64,000 nucleotides of DNA. It comes from a virus (taxonomy: Duplodnaviria > Caudoviricetes). The translations under genes were made by a program, and so were the position numbers. The notes under the pieces were generated by a model that worked only from the letters and a program-made list of their open reading frames with translations, searched no databases and had not been told where the DNA came from. Positions 46,570-57,831 of the stretch are shown piece by piece (the stretch's first letter is position 1; every line of letters begins with the position of its first letter). The DNA lies in IMG/VR virus record IMGVR_UViG_3300031992_000007, positions 160,001 to 224,000 of that record. One strand, written 5' to 3'.

Positions 46570-49269
46570 TCACGTTGAAGGTTCCGGTTGATAGTCCTCA
46601 ATCGTACATGAGTGGTCGTGCAACACGCTGGCTACTCTAGATAGCTTGAATTGCATTCCAGAGATCACGCGGAAGGTCATGTTGCATTCATAACGACCGA
46701 AGGAGTTGGTCCCCTCTCCACTATACTTAGTAGTAGAGTGGAAAGTTGCGAGGTAGGTTACCTCAACCCACGAAGCGTCAAGACCAGGCATCTTAACAGA
46801 CAACACACCAGGCTGACTCTGAGAACTGGAATCAGTACCGTTGGACGATTCGGCGGCAAACATCAAGTTGATTGTGCCGTGAGATATACCATTCGGGACT
46901 GTCCAGGTCAGGGTCTTCGCAGTTGTGTCCAGAACACCTGTACAAGCAGCGCGAGTATTCCAGTCTGGTACGTGATTGACCGTACTCAGTGCGCGGATGA
47001 ATCGTTGTTCGTATTCCTCGATTTTGTCCGACATCTCAAGGATGGCGTACCTATCGCGGAGTGCAACACCTTGATCCCAGAATGCTTCTTGATCACAGTC
47101 TTCAGGTAGGAAGAACCTAGGAGTGACAAACGACTCATTTGAGATATCAACGAAGTTGTCATCGTTGATAGCCATCTTGAGATAATAATCATTCGTCTGC
47201 ATCTTAGGTCCGACCCAAGTCTGGTTCCTTGTAAGCAACTTGAACGGGTGATAACCGGTGTAGGTAGCAACGAAGGTGTGTACAGGCGGTTCGGTTACAT
47301 CGGAACACGACTGACCGTTCACGACCCAAGTGTCATCTATCTTGATCCAGTGTAGGTCCTCAACATAACCGCTGAATTTGACAGTCTCGCCTTCCTTGAG
47401 GTAAATCATACCAAACCAGCCAGCAGTACGTGTAGCCCAGGGATAAGTGCGACTGTTTGCAGCGCTACCAGCCCAGTATGTCCACGTCTGACCGTTGTAC
47501 CAGTCGAAGAAGGATGGGTCATCCTGTGTGCAGCACTTCTTGAGCATACTGCAACCATTGGTGATATACGGACCGATGAAGGAAGTCCACGTACGGGTGT
47601 TTCCCTGTGGATTCATATCGCCGTAGAAGTTAGACGACTTCCACTCAAGAAGTTTGAGAGCATCATCACATCTAGCAGGATGAGTCCACAAGTTAGGATC
47701 GATAGTCTCATCCTGGCTAACTGCAGGACTCTTCCACATTCTCACGAGCAGACCTGGCTTAGGATCAGGACGGTAGTTGTTGCGATCCCTAACTTCCTCC
47801 GTGTAGGTTATCTCTTTCTCACAACCTTCCTTCAAGAAGAAGATAGGCTCAGAGACAGACTCGTTGGAAATAGTAAGGAAGGTCTCACCACCATCGAGAG
47901 ACATTCTGAACGGGATGTTCGTACTAAACACATCAGCCTGTGGAGCAGGTTTCGGCCCAACAGTCATCATGCTGTAGATAGCCATCCTGAAGGTGTACAA
48001 CCCAGCATTGGTAGCAGTGAACTCATACTTAGGAAGAGTTTCTGAATCGTAACTCTTTTCACGAAGAGTATCTCCGTACCACTGCCAGCAGTTGTTTTCA
48101 TCAGTTCTGGTCAACACGGTATTACCGATCTGCAACAGAACTGCGTCGTCAACTACACCAGCGAAGATGATCCTCTGACCAGCATTGAGTTTGATGCGGC
48201 CTTCCCAGACCATGATCCTAGGAGAATACGGGTCGATGGTTGGATGGTCAGGATCTCCACTGTAGAAATCCCAGTAGAGTCCATTCGACCAGTCGAAGTA
48301 TCCAGGTTGATCGATCGTGCAGGTTGTATCCAGGATAGAACAACCCACCGTCAAACACGGACCCTGTACCTTCTTCAGATCAGCGTACACCTTCTCGTAG
48401 TACGTGACACCTGCCTCGAACTCTTCTCCAGTGAATAAGTAGACTATCTTGTCAACGACGTAGTAGTATACCTTGTTAGGATCAGGTTCGGTGTCAGATG
48501 TTACCTTGGTGTAGAACACGGCATCTTTGAATGAAGTGTCACTCAGGCTTGGGATGAAGTTCTTGTTCGACAAGGAACCTCTGTCAGTACCTCCAGGAGA
48601 AGTACCGCTAGGAAGCGGAGTGAACTCCGTTGGTACATAATCCGTAGCATACAAAGCAACCTTCAACCCAGGACGGAGAGGATGAGTCTCGTCATTCGGT
48701 TCCACATAGGTGTACATGTACTTAACCCAATCGTAGAACTTACGTTTGAGCAAGAAATCGTTCGGGTTGTTGTACGTGAGCCAAGGAGCTATGCTGTTCT
48801 TGAGCTTGAGGAAGATCTCCCATGTAGGAGCATACAACTTCTCATCAGCAACCTTAGTGTCGTAACTGTTGACAAGGTTGTTGTAAGTAAGGGCTTTAAC
48901 AGAACCATCGAGACCAACATCCTGAAGGATCTGGTTGAGGACGAAAGCAGTTATGACATGTGCCTTAATCCCAGAAGGAGCCAAGTAGTTGGAAGCATCC
49001 CTCGAAAGAGAGATGTTCTTGTACTTCTCGTACTCCAGCTTGGAGGTCATCAACTCATCACGAAGAGCATGATTCCGAGCATGATCAGTACGGGACTGAA
49101 GATGCTCGGTAAGATTCTTGCTCTGCTCAACAGCCGACTTCCTCATGTACTGAGGATGTGGCTGTGGGTTGCTTGTGTGATTAGCCAGTGTCTCAACACT
49201 CGCTGCTCCCTGAACTGCAGGAGACCCAACGGCTTTAGAAACTCTGAACCTAAAATCAGTTGTTGCCAT
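46570..49269 (-). CDS. Tail fibre / receptor-binding protein with two PA14-like domains
   Basis: N-terminal H....PHPQY fibre motif; two internal repeats with WEGRIKL...F.G.VDD...L.I and WFGMIYL...FSGYVED....I (PA14/GLEYA-like). Confidence 0.7.
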   Translation of the reverse strand: MATTDFRFRVSKAVGSPAVQGAASVETLANHTSNPQPHPQYMRKSAVEQSKNLTEHLQSRTDHARNHALRDELMTSKLEYEKYKNISLSRDASNYLAPSGIKAHVITAFVLNQILQDVGLDGSVKALTYNNLVNSYDTKVADEKLYAPTWEIFLKLKNSIAPWLTYNNPNDFLLKRKFYDWVKYMYTYVEPNDETHPLRPGLKVALYATDYVPTEFTPLPSGTSPGGTDRGSLSNKNFIPSLSDTSFKDAVFYTKVTSDTEPDPNKVYYYVVDKIVYLFTGEEFEAGVTYYEKVYADLKKVQGPCLTVGCSILDTTCTIDQPGYFDWSNGLYWDFYSGDPDHPTIDPYSPRIMVWEGRIKLNAGQRIIFAGVVDDAVLLQIGNTVLTRTDENNCWQWYGDTLREKSYDSETLPKYEFTATNAGLYTFRMAIYSMMTVGPKPAPQADVFSTNIPFRMSLDGGETFLTISNESVSEPIFFLKEGCEKEITYTEEVRDRNNYRPDPKPGLLVRMWKSPAVSQDETIDPNLWTHPARCDDALKLLEWKSSNFYGDMNPQGNTRTWTSFIGPYITNGCSMLKKCCTQDDPSFFDWYNGQTWTYWAGSAANSRTYPWATRTAGWFGMIYLKEGETVKFSGYVEDLHWIKIDDTWVVNGQSCSDVTEPPVHTFVATYTGYHPFKLLTRNQTWVGPKMQTNDYYLKMAINDDNFVDISNESFVTPRFFLPEDCDQEAFWDQGVALRDRYAILEMSDKIEEYEQRFIRALSTVNHVPDWNTRAACTGVLDTTAKTLTWTVPNGISHGTINLMFAAESSNGTDSSSQSQPGVLSVKMPGLDASWVEVTYLATFHSTTKYSGEGTNSFGRYECNMTFRVISGMQFKLSRVASVLHDHSCTIEDYQPEPST

Positions 49270-49283
49270 ATCGTCTTTCTCCT

Positions 49284-51974
49284 TTAGTTAACGGTGTCAA
49301 TACGAGTGTATTTCGACGCATCCGCCTTGTAATACCAGTAAGTGCCATCACTCATCAGTTCGAGATTATCGATGGTGATACCATCACCGTTGAAACTGCT
49401 GTAGATGTAAGCTCTCTCAGTAGACTCATCTACCCTGGTGTAGGAAATACGGACTTTCGATCCGTAAGCTCCGGCTATAGCCAGGATAAGTTTCTTACCG
49501 AAAGGAATACTAGAAGGTTCAGGGAGGTGTATCTCCTGAACTCTCGGCAGCACTTCAGAGTAGAGGGTGATACCACAGAACAAAGTCAGTTCTCCGAGCA
49601 TCATCCAGTTACGGAGTTTCTCGGCACTTAGATCCAAGTTCTGATAAGCATCAGGAGACGTGAAGGACCTAGCGACAGAACCTCCAGTCAAGCAAGCCCA
49701 CTCAGACCAGGTATCATTCCAGTGACTGTACGAGCGCATCCAGATGGTTGTATCCTGGATAAAGAGCTGGGTCACATCAGCAGTATGTGCAGGAGCACGC
49801 GCAGTATCCGACTCGTAGTACACAATGCCAGTCTTGAAGTCAATGAGACCAGGGCAGGCCGTCATCACCTTATTGCAAGGATCAAACGTGTAATACGTCT
49901 TACCTTCAACAACCGAAGTGTCGCTGGTGATGAAGTACTGATCGAGTTCGTGTGTAACTGACTGCAAGGCATAGTCCTGACCGAACACAACAAGTCTAGC
50001 TCCCTTCTCCTTGTCAGCGAAGAGAGGATAACCAGTAGGTTCAGACAGTCCTTCAGGGATCCAGTAGACACCACCTTCCTTGACATCATCGGGATGAATA
50101 GAAAGGAAAGCAGCACCCATGAGGAGACCACGCTTCTGAAGTTTGCCAGCCAGATCAGTGTAACCGCTTATGATCGCCTGCAGATTGGCAGGAGTGTCCT
50201 CAGTCGTGGCAGTCTTCGGAAGAAGTCCGTTATCCTTAAGGAGTTCGAACATCTTGGCAGAGAAGCCATACCCATCCATCTCCTCCTTGGATACATAGGA
50301 ACCAGGATGAGGATCAGGTACGAAAGACAGCACAGGGAAGATGTTACCACGAGCGTCGATGTGACCCTTGGAGCCATCGCCCAAACCAGGGGTAATCACA
50401 ACATACACAATGTCGTTGCGATAGACTTTGTGCTGGTAGTGGACAGGAACACCAGGAGTGAGGCTATCGGAAGTCAAGGTAAGCAGATCCTCTATACCCG
50501 AATCAGGATCGATCTCGTAGTACTGGATCGTGCAGTCGAACCTACCATCTTCGATGATAGCTATCTTGAAGACTCCTTCAGCAGCTGAGGATTCATAAGG
50601 AACCTTGGTGAAGTAGGTCTTGTAAGGATCAGGTGCAACATCCTTGGTGGGGAAGAAGTTGACAGGGTTCCTCGAATCGAACCGCTTGATCTGAAGAATC
50701 CAGTCTTTGTCCTTGAAGAGGTCATTCTTGCTTATGGTAAACTTGAGGAAACCATCACAGCAGACAGAGCGGTTGATGTAGAGAGGCTGCTTGGAAGGAT
50801 GAGAATAAGCTCCACTATCAGCAGAGTACTTCCTGTTGGAATAATCAATGATGTCCCTGATACCCAGTTCAGTGTGAGCATCCAGAAGTTCGACTATGCC
50901 AGTAGTGAACTCAGTCTCATCAGCATCGACTTTGAGGTGCCAGGTGTTACCGATAATGGTAGCACTGCCAGAAGCATCATCCATCCTTGGAGCAACCTCG
51001 AAGACGTACTCGGTAGGAACAAGCCCTTCCTTGTAAGCCTCTTCAGTTCTCACAGTGTTCCTACGAGGAGCAGGGGTGCAAGTGATCTGCATCTTCTCGT
51101 AGTCAGCTTCACCTTCCGTACCATACTCGTAAACGACATTGGTTGCCCAGAGCTGTCTATCTTCCGAGTTGGGATCAGGATGTTGGATGATCTTGATGGT
51201 AGAACCAAGCTTCTGAGTGTTGGCGTCAGGGAGATCGAAACGAGGGATGTTAGTGTGAACAGAGTAGACGGCGTTGGTTATCGGGTTGACAACCTCTTCC
51301 ATACGAGCATCGGTAACTACGATGTACTGGGTTTCTCCATTGAGAGTCATCCAGTTACCCCACTTGTACCTGAACTGTGTCTGTCCCGTTACATCGACAT
51401 AACTCTCGTATCTTCCAACACGAGTGTACGACTGAGGTTCATCCTGATCATCGTTGTCTACGAAGAACAACTGACGAATAGGAGATCCGATAGGAAGCTC
51501 GTTCTTGTACTCTATCTCGTGGTCACCATTCGGAGTACCACGATAGGCTTCCACCTCAAGTGCTTTGGAAGTTATCTCGATGTCTTCTGCAGTCTTAGGG
51601 AATTCCTGCGGACCCCAGTACAGTTCGCCTGTAGGAAGAACACCGAGAGTGTAAAGGAATCCACCATAAGGCGTCTGATCTCCAGTCTCTTCTTCACGAA
51701 CTGCATACTTGGGACCGTTGATGTAAGTTCCCTCTGCGATGTGTCTGCAACCCGAGTCGATGATGAGGTCTAAATCGACCTTGTCGCCATCGAAATACTT
51801 GGCGTCGAATGCACTGCTTTTTACGACAGTGTCTCCGCGAAATATATCGGCAACAGCTCTAGCAGTCAGAACAGTCTGCTGCTGTGCAACATCACCCTTT
51901 CTCAGATCACGAATGTCATCAGAAACACGCTGCACCGGCACCGGTTTCATGTTAGGCTGAATGGTCGTGTCCAT
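49284..51974 (-). CDS. Tail fibre-like protein (~896 aa)
   Basis: Start revised to 51974 (AAGGAG). Two knob-like units (G.Y......P...G.L.V......Q.F......R....W..W) each followed by an LP.......I.I unit. Confidence 0.6.
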   Translation of the reverse strand: MDTTIQPNMKPVPVQRVSDDIRDLRKGDVAQQQTVLTARAVADIFRGDTVVKSSAFDAKYFDGDKVDLDLIIDSGCRHIAEGTYINGPKYAVREEETGDQTPYGGFLYTLGVLPTGELYWGPQEFPKTAEDIEITSKALEVEAYRGTPNGDHEIEYKNELPIGSPIRQLFFVDNDDQDEPQSYTRVGRYESYVDVTGQTQFRYKWGNWMTLNGETQYIVVTDARMEEVVNPITNAVYSVHTNIPRFDLPDANTQKLGSTIKIIQHPDPNSEDRQLWATNVVYEYGTEGEADYEKMQITCTPAPRRNTVRTEEAYKEGLVPTEYVFEVAPRMDDASGSATIIGNTWHLKVDADETEFTTGIVELLDAHTELGIRDIIDYSNRKYSADSGAYSHPSKQPLYINRSVCCDGFLKFTISKNDLFKDKDWILQIKRFDSRNPVNFFPTKDVAPDPYKTYFTKVPYESSAAEGVFKIAIIEDGRFDCTIQYYEIDPDSGIEDLLTLTSDSLTPGVPVHYQHKVYRNDIVYVVITPGLGDGSKGHIDARGNIFPVLSFVPDPHPGSYVSKEEMDGYGFSAKMFELLKDNGLLPKTATTEDTPANLQAIISGYTDLAGKLQKRGLLMGAAFLSIHPDDVKEGGVYWIPEGLSEPTGYPLFADKEKGARLVVFGQDYALQSVTHELDQYFITSDTSVVEGKTYYTFDPCNKVMTACPGLIDFKTGIVYYESDTARAPAHTADVTQLFIQDTTIWMRSYSHWNDTWSEWACLTGGSVARSFTSPDAYQNLDLSAEKLRNWMMLGELTLFCGITLYSEVLPRVQEIHLPEPSSIPFGKKLILAIAGAYGSKVRISYTRVDESTERAYIYSSFNGDGITIDNLELMSDGTYWYYKADASKYTRIDTVN

Positions 51975-52078
51975 AGAGGCTTTTCTCCTTTTAAGAAAGG
52001 TCAAATTACATAAGAATGGTTCCCACAAGTAGCCATGTTATGATTTATTTTTTCACGCCTGAAAGGTGGTAAAACGCT

Positions 52079-55000
52079 ATGGCAACAGATCAAAACACAA
52101 AGGTCAGCAAAGCCGTATTCGACCCCTCCAGAAACGATCATGATAACTCGGATCAGAGGACGTTGTACGGTCAGGTGCTAAGATTTCCTAGTCTGCCACC
52201 TGCACACATGGTTTTCGAAGGCGTAACTGTTTTCGACACGTCCACCAAAGACTTCTACGAATGCCAACACATCGTCACTGAAACTGCAGACTACTACGAG
52301 TGGGTAGCTGTTACTTTCGGTGCAGCGAGAGTGTTCCTTGTTCCTGTAGGTAAGCTTACTGAGAATGACATCTCCGACTACACCGACAAGAGTGCGATAG
52401 ATTGTGTGGCCAAGACCATCAACGAAATCATCGCTGGTCTTCACAGGTACGGAAAACATTTCGATTACCTTGGCTACAGAACTGTTCATGTAGGAGAAGT
52501 CCTTGATCCTAATAAGGACTACTATGGATACAAGAACAACGATCTCATCGACATCGTTGGGAACGAGCTTAACAAGATCTACACCGGTGAAGTGAGACTT
52601 CTCGATCCTTCCGAGTATGTGGTGTCAGTCCCTGTTGAGGAAGACTACAAGTACTTCCTTAAGTCAGATGAGCCGGATATGACCGACTGTGTCAACCGAC
52701 TCAATGAGATCATCGCTCTGCTCAACAAGCACTTCGCGGATATTCCTCTCATTGACATTCGCGAGACTGAGTACGATGCGATAGCTCATGTACTCAACCT
52801 GGTTGTTGAAGAGGTCAACCCGTTCGCGGTACCGTGGCAGGTTGTTATCTACCGCATCTGGCATCTCGAACAGAAGGTTGGTAATGGGACGTTTGTACCG
52901 AACCTGGACGAGAGTCCAGTAGACTTCCCATCCTGGCTGGCGTACAAGTGGCTCAACTACGACAGTGATGAATTTGGTGAACTCAAGGGAGCTACCGTCT
53001 GTCAGATCAACGACACTATCTTCAAGCTCATCGCTTCGATGGATGGGCAGATTGGTGATCTGATCACCTTCTTGTCTGAAGAGACTACCAAGTACAGACC
53101 TGGCAATCCATTCATCAACTTGGTTGACTACCTCAAGTTCGTTGTTGCTCAGATCCCTGAGATCAGAGCTAAACTCGAACTGACTCTTGAAGGTATCCGC
53201 CAGTTGCGCAACTCTCTCGGCAACCTTGGCTATATCGTTTCCACCCACATTACATTCAGTAGCGATACTGAGTATTACTCGTGGAACAACGAGAATGCCA
53301 AGATGGACAAGCTTACTCGTGGTACAGACTACAACACGGGTGACAACGTAGAGGACTGGTGCACTGCGCATGATGTTACCCACATCTACACCTGGTCGTC
53401 TAATGATACTGCAGAACAACTTATCAAACACAATGCTGCGGAAATTGCAAAGAACCGTGCAGACATCGCTGCGATCAATGCGATCCTCGGTACGGAGCTT
53501 GGTGACAAGTTCTACATCGAAACCATCAGTGTTCCTGTGGTGATCGATGGTGTTGAACAACCTGTCTTTAAGTGTGAGGTTGGCTCTGACGAGGGTTATG
53601 GTGCGAACAAGAACACAGTCTTCGAAGAGATCGACATCTACGATCAGTCTGGAGTGCTCCGTCCCTACGAGGATCTTTACAAAGAGTATGGACCTCTCTT
53701 CGTACTTGGTACACCCAAGGTCGTGACCAAGATCGTCGAGATGAACAACCGAGAGATAGCTGCCCTCAACAGGCGGATATCCAAACGAGTCACGGATATC
53801 GAAGAGAACATGAACGTCCGTGCCGAGGCTCTTAAGGAACTGACTGGTGTTGAAGGTAACACCAAGGAAGTTGAGTCCTGGCATGTCGATGGTTACAAGA
53901 AGGTAGTTCTTCCTTGCTCTACCAGGTCCGTGTTCTTCGAGGCTTACACTCGTTATTACAAGAAAGTCGAGGTTGCTGATGGAGAGGAATACGAAAACCA
54001 CTTCATCACGAAACCTAAGGCTACGCTTGATAAGGTGTTCAAGGAGGGCAAGACCTACTACACTCCTATTCGCGGGTCGGTACATGAGCCGGACTACAAC
54101 GAACCTATCGGGTTCCGTGAGCTAGTTCCTGGAACAGACTATCAGATCGGTGATTCTATCGTCCCTGGTGAGTTCGGTGACTTCATCATGGAACTACAGG
54201 AAACCTACACGAACACCAAACCTTTCTTGTTCGTTGAACTTAAGGAAGGCACTGCGGCTCAGGTAGAGGCAGGTGAAGCGGATTACTGTCTGCCTAACTA
54301 TGTCCTTACTGCGGACACTGTGTTCCAGAGTGATAAAGAGTACTTCATCAGGAACGTAGCTGGTAACTACATCAAGGCTACTGGCGGAACGTGGGAAGAG
54401 TACCAGGCTGGAACTGTTTCCTACTGGATCAACTCGTATTACAGGACAAGTGACAAGACGTTCCAGGAGGATAAGGAATACTACTCGTACGTCGAAGATA
54501 CTGGCGAGTATGCCTTGCTGGAAGCTGGTGTCGATTATCAGATCGGCGTTACTATCACTGGCGAGATCTACGAGTACGGTACACAGACTGTTCCTCCGAA
54601 CAGCTTCTACGAGTACGTGGTTCCTGAATCCTCGATCATCAACCGCTACAGCAATGTCTGGGTGAGAGATCGTCAGTGGAAGGAGTACAACACTCACAGA
54701 GGTCTTATCGACAGGAACACTGACGACATCGCAAGGTGTCTGAAGAACTGTGGGTTGTTCCAGGACTGGACCAAGGGTCAGGTTGCTGCTATCAAGGACT
54801 TCATCATGTACATGATGCTTGCTACCTTGGACATCGTGACTCAGGAAAACAGCACCTTCTCTATTCTGCACAACACGACGGCTAAACTGGTTACCATTCT
54901 CAACGCCATTGCCAAGCTTGAAGGTAAAGTTACCTACAAGCATGCTGACGGTGTGTACGACGCTGCTTACGACTACTACAGGGCTATCGGATTCGATCTC

Positions 55001-55585
55001 ACGACGGATACGACCTTCGTACCTGGTAAGACGTACTTCGTTCTTGATGGAACCACGTTCCGTGAAGCTACCGTTGAGAAGTATGCTCCTATCCCTGAGA
55101 ACAAGTACTACGAAGCTGTCGAGTTCCACAAGCTTGTTCAGGAAGTGGATTACAGTATCGGACTTGAAGTGTCTCCTCGTATCTTCACTGTTGACTTGGT
55201 TATGCCCACCGTGGAAAACTACACGATGACAGAGATCAAGGATGCAGTTAACAGGATACTCAGGAACTACATGGCTGATCCAAACCTTCCCGTGTACACT
55301 CCGCTACCTGTTGACCAGCCTATTCAGGAGAACATCGTCTACTACAGAAACGTAGATGAAGCGTGGGAGAGGATCGTGCCTGAGGAGGACGACCCCGACA
55401 TGATAGGTCAGCTCATCAAGGAATACGATCCTGAACATGTGTGGTACATCAAACTGGATGAGGAAATCCCGGATGACGGCTACACGATGACTTGGATCCG
55501 TGTTCTGATGAACGAGATGATCCGTCTTCACAACAGAGGTGCTGAGACGTTCAACAACGCCTTCCAGAACTTCATAGCCAGCTAA
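52079..55585 (+). CDS. Large acidic virion/fibre protein with coiled coils and Tyr-rich repeats (1168 aa)
   Basis: Repeats TLDKVFKEGKTYY, TADTVFQSDKEYF, TSDKTFQEDKEYY and TTDTTFVPGKTYF, often followed by L..G.DY..G; coiled-coil segments. Confidence 0.6.
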   Translation: MATDQNTKVSKAVFDPSRNDHDNSDQRTLYGQVLRFPSLPPAHMVFEGVTVFDTSTKDFYECQHIVTETADYYEWVAVTFGAARVFLVPVGKLTENDISDYTDKSAIDCVAKTINEIIAGLHRYGKHFDYLGYRTVHVGEVLDPNKDYYGYKNNDLIDIVGNELNKIYTGEVRLLDPSEYVVSVPVEEDYKYFLKSDEPDMTDCVNRLNEIIALLNKHFADIPLIDIRETEYDAIAHVLNLVVEEVNPFAVPWQVVIYRIWHLEQKVGNGTFVPNLDESPVDFPSWLAYKWLNYDSDEFGELKGATVCQINDTIFKLIASMDGQIGDLITFLSEETTKYRPGNPFINLVDYLKFVVAQIPEIRAKLELTLEGIRQLRNSLGNLGYIVSTHITFSSDTEYYSWNNENAKMDKLTRGTDYNTGDNVEDWCTAHDVTHIYTWSSNDTAEQLIKHNAAEIAKNRADIAAINAILGTELGDKFYIETISVPVVIDGVEQPVFKCEVGSDEGYGANKNTVFEEIDIYDQSGVLRPYEDLYKEYGPLFVLGTPKVVTKIVEMNNREIAALNRRISKRVTDIEENMNVRAEALKELTGVEGNTKEVESWHVDGYKKVVLPCSTRSVFFEAYTRYYKKVEVADGEEYENHFITKPKATLDKVFKEGKTYYTPIRGSVHEPDYNEPIGFRELVPGTDYQIGDSIVPGEFGDFIMELQETYTNTKPFLFVELKEGTAAQVEAGEADYCLPNYVLTADTVFQSDKEYFIRNVAGNYIKATGGTWEEYQAGTVSYWINSYYRTSDKTFQEDKEYYSYVEDTGEYALLEAGVDYQIGVTITGEIYEYGTQTVPPNSFYEYVVPESSIINRYSNVWVRDRQWKEYNTHRGLIDRNTDDIARCLKNCGLFQDWTKGQVAAIKDFIMYMMLATLDIVTQENSTFSILHNTTAKLVTILNAIAKLEGKVTYKHADGVYDAAYDYYRAIGFDLTTDTTFVPGKTYFVLDGTTFREATVEKYAPIPENKYYEAVEFHKLVQEVDYSIGLEVSPRIFTVDLVMPTVENYTMTEIKDAVNRILRNYMADPNLPVYTPLPVDQPIQENIVYYRNVDEAWERIVPEEDDPDMIGQLIKEYDPEHVWYIKLDEEIPDDGYTMTWIRVLMNEMIRLHNRGAETFNNAFQNFIAS

Positions 55586-55600
55586 ACTTAGGAGGAGAAA

Positions 55601-57778
55601 ATGGCAACTAAGAGTGCAAATTCTGTGGTCAAACCAAGGTGGCCTAAACCTCTTAAAGCAGTATCGGCCAACGATGGTCACGTCTATTATCTCATCGGGG
55701 ACGATGGTGATGAAGGTGTAGCGAATGTAACGTTCGTAGACTTCTACTCATCCCTTAACCAGTTCGCGCCTAAGGCAGCTAGCGCTCCGTGGAATGACCC
55801 TGACGGGTTCTTCTTCGTGCGCGATGCTGCCTCGAGCGGTCCGGATCACTACGGTGATCCGACCGTTCATGCGGGCTGGGCTATGTACATCTGGGATGGT
55901 ACGAAGTACAAACCTGAGTCCTCGAATTCCGGATGGATCAAAATCTCCCAACAGGGTGACACCGACTGGGATATCACTGATGAGCTAAAAGCGATGTTCG
56001 TTCTCAAGACGGTTTACAACGTCAAGATGAACGAAATCGACAAACACTTCCAGAGGGTTGAAGGTTCGATCATCCAGATTGGCTCTCGAGTCAAAACACT
56101 CGAGGTCAAGATGGACAAGATCTATCCCATGGCTCACGTCCATGTCAACAAGGAAGTTCTGGATCAGTTATCTGAACCTTATCTCAATGTCCTATATTAC
56201 AAAGGTCGTCCTATAGGAGGCAACTCCTACATTTACAACCACGTTGAGGATGTTGACGGAACAAAGGAGATCACTTGGTGCGATCCTACTCTGACTGAGG
56301 ATAAGTGGACCCACGAGGTAGTTGACAACTCCGAGGCAATAGCCAATAAGTTCACTGAGACCGACCTGGCTAGACTTGGACTGACTCTCATCGTTGTTGA
56401 AGCAGATGGTTCTCTGTCTCTGTTCAAGTACATCAATAACCCAGATGGTGAAGGTATAGTTCCCAAGTTCGCTCAGACCATCGTCAGAGATAACCTCGGT
56501 CTCGCTGAATATGTGATCATGCTTCCTCCTGCTGCCAAGCAGTATGTTGGACGTGGTTGCTGGGTACCTGTGCAGGATGACGGTGTTCATACCGTCAACC
56601 ACTTGCACAAGTGTATCAAGGTTACCGATGATGTAGAGACCGGCGCTCATCACTACGAGTGGACTGACGTTACCAACAACGGAAGTCAGCTCGGAGTAAA
56701 GGGTTCGGAAATCGATATCTGTTTCTCCGAAAACTACACCATGTGGACTAGGAACCATCTCCACTTCACTATCCCTGCCGATACTACCAAAGAGGGTAAC
56801 ATCCCTGTTCGGTGGGCTAAGACAGTTATCGTGAGGAAGTTCGGTTCTGCTCCGGAGAATGCCAACGATGGTACTGTGGTGCTTACCTTGACTGACAAGT
56901 CCAAGTACGCAACTGAGTGCTTCATCGATACTGTTCCGTATATCAGTCATCTGAAGAACGATGAACCGATGTACTGGTATTACAGGGCGTTTTCTACGAC
57001 TATGTCTGGTGACACCTATTCTGCTACAGATGCTGTTGTTGCTAAGAAGCTTGACTGGAAGATGATCTACTCTATCCTTCATGGAGATAACGCGGATATC
57101 GTGTTCCATGTGGGTGATGAAATCTACCTCCCTCATCATGCCGAGTACGGTGACATCCTCTGCGAAATAGTTGGTGTTAACACGACTGTCTTCGGTTCTG
57201 AGGAACCTGGACTTCTGGTGGTTACTAAGAACGTTCTCTGTGAGAAAGAGATAGATGCTGCTGAACCTGCTAGTGCGTCTGGTTCTAGTAACCCCGAGTG
57301 GATAGGTGAGGCACATGGTAGCAACGGATCGTTGCTGAACAATGTCCACAACCTTACTACCCTGAACATCATCAACTGGCTTAACAGCACAGAACAAACT
57401 GTTACGTACAAGAAGACGGCATTCGATCAGACTCCTTCCTACGGGACGGAAGCTGGTTTCATGTCAGGCTTCGATGTTGATGATCGTGCAGTGTTCGGTT
57501 ATCATCCGTCGTTCGCGACAGGTAACGAACAGATCGATGCAGTTAAGGTATGTTTGCCTAGGTCAGAGATGCGTTCCTGGGATAACATCACCAAGACCAA
57601 GACGATCGGTAACTCGACAACTCCAACTGTCTGGGCTTCGATGACTGGTGTGGACAGTGCTGCATCTAACCGACCCAAGTTCAAATTCAAGCTTAGCGAT
57701 GGCAATGATGTTCTGCCTGAGGAAACAACGGGTATCGTCCCGATGTTCTTCTTGGTAGGCATAGATCCTGAAGCATAA
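55601..57778 (+). CDS. Fibre/receptor-binding protein with FN3-like and degenerate DUF6273 (lectin-fold) domains
   Basis: GDPTVHAGWAMY and H.H.NKEVLDQL fibre motifs; KTVIVRKFG.AP....DG...YYRAF; FHVGDEI...CEIVG, I.NWLN and GIVPMF. Confidence 0.65.
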   Translation: MATKSANSVVKPRWPKPLKAVSANDGHVYYLIGDDGDEGVANVTFVDFYSSLNQFAPKAASAPWNDPDGFFFVRDAASSGPDHYGDPTVHAGWAMYIWDGTKYKPESSNSGWIKISQQGDTDWDITDELKAMFVLKTVYNVKMNEIDKHFQRVEGSIIQIGSRVKTLEVKMDKIYPMAHVHVNKEVLDQLSEPYLNVLYYKGRPIGGNSYIYNHVEDVDGTKEITWCDPTLTEDKWTHEVVDNSEAIANKFTETDLARLGLTLIVVEADGSLSLFKYINNPDGEGIVPKFAQTIVRDNLGLAEYVIMLPPAAKQYVGRGCWVPVQDDGVHTVNHLHKCIKVTDDVETGAHHYEWTDVTNNGSQLGVKGSEIDICFSENYTMWTRNHLHFTIPADTTKEGNIPVRWAKTVIVRKFGSAPENANDGTVVLTLTDKSKYATECFIDTVPYISHLKNDEPMYWYYRAFSTTMSGDTYSATDAVVAKKLDWKMIYSILHGDNADIVFHVGDEIYLPHHAEYGDILCEIVGVNTTVFGSEEPGLLVVTKNVLCEKEIDAAEPASASGSSNPEWIGEAHGSNGSLLNNVHNLTTLNIINWLNSTEQTVTYKKTAFDQTPSYGTEAGFMSGFDVDDRAVFGYHPSFATGNEQIDAVKVCLPRSEMRSWDNITKTKTIGNSTTPTVWASMTGVDSAASNRPKFKFKLSDGNDVLPEETTGIVPMFFLVGIDPEA

Positions 57779-57790
57779 AGCAAACCCTAC

Positions 57791-57831
57791 CCCTAGTGCC
57801 CGCGAGGGCACTAGGGATGGGATTCTTTTTT
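57791..57831 (+). terminator. Terminator between convergent genes
   Basis: ccctagtgccc-gcga-gggcactaggg followed by a T-run. Confidence 0.7.
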
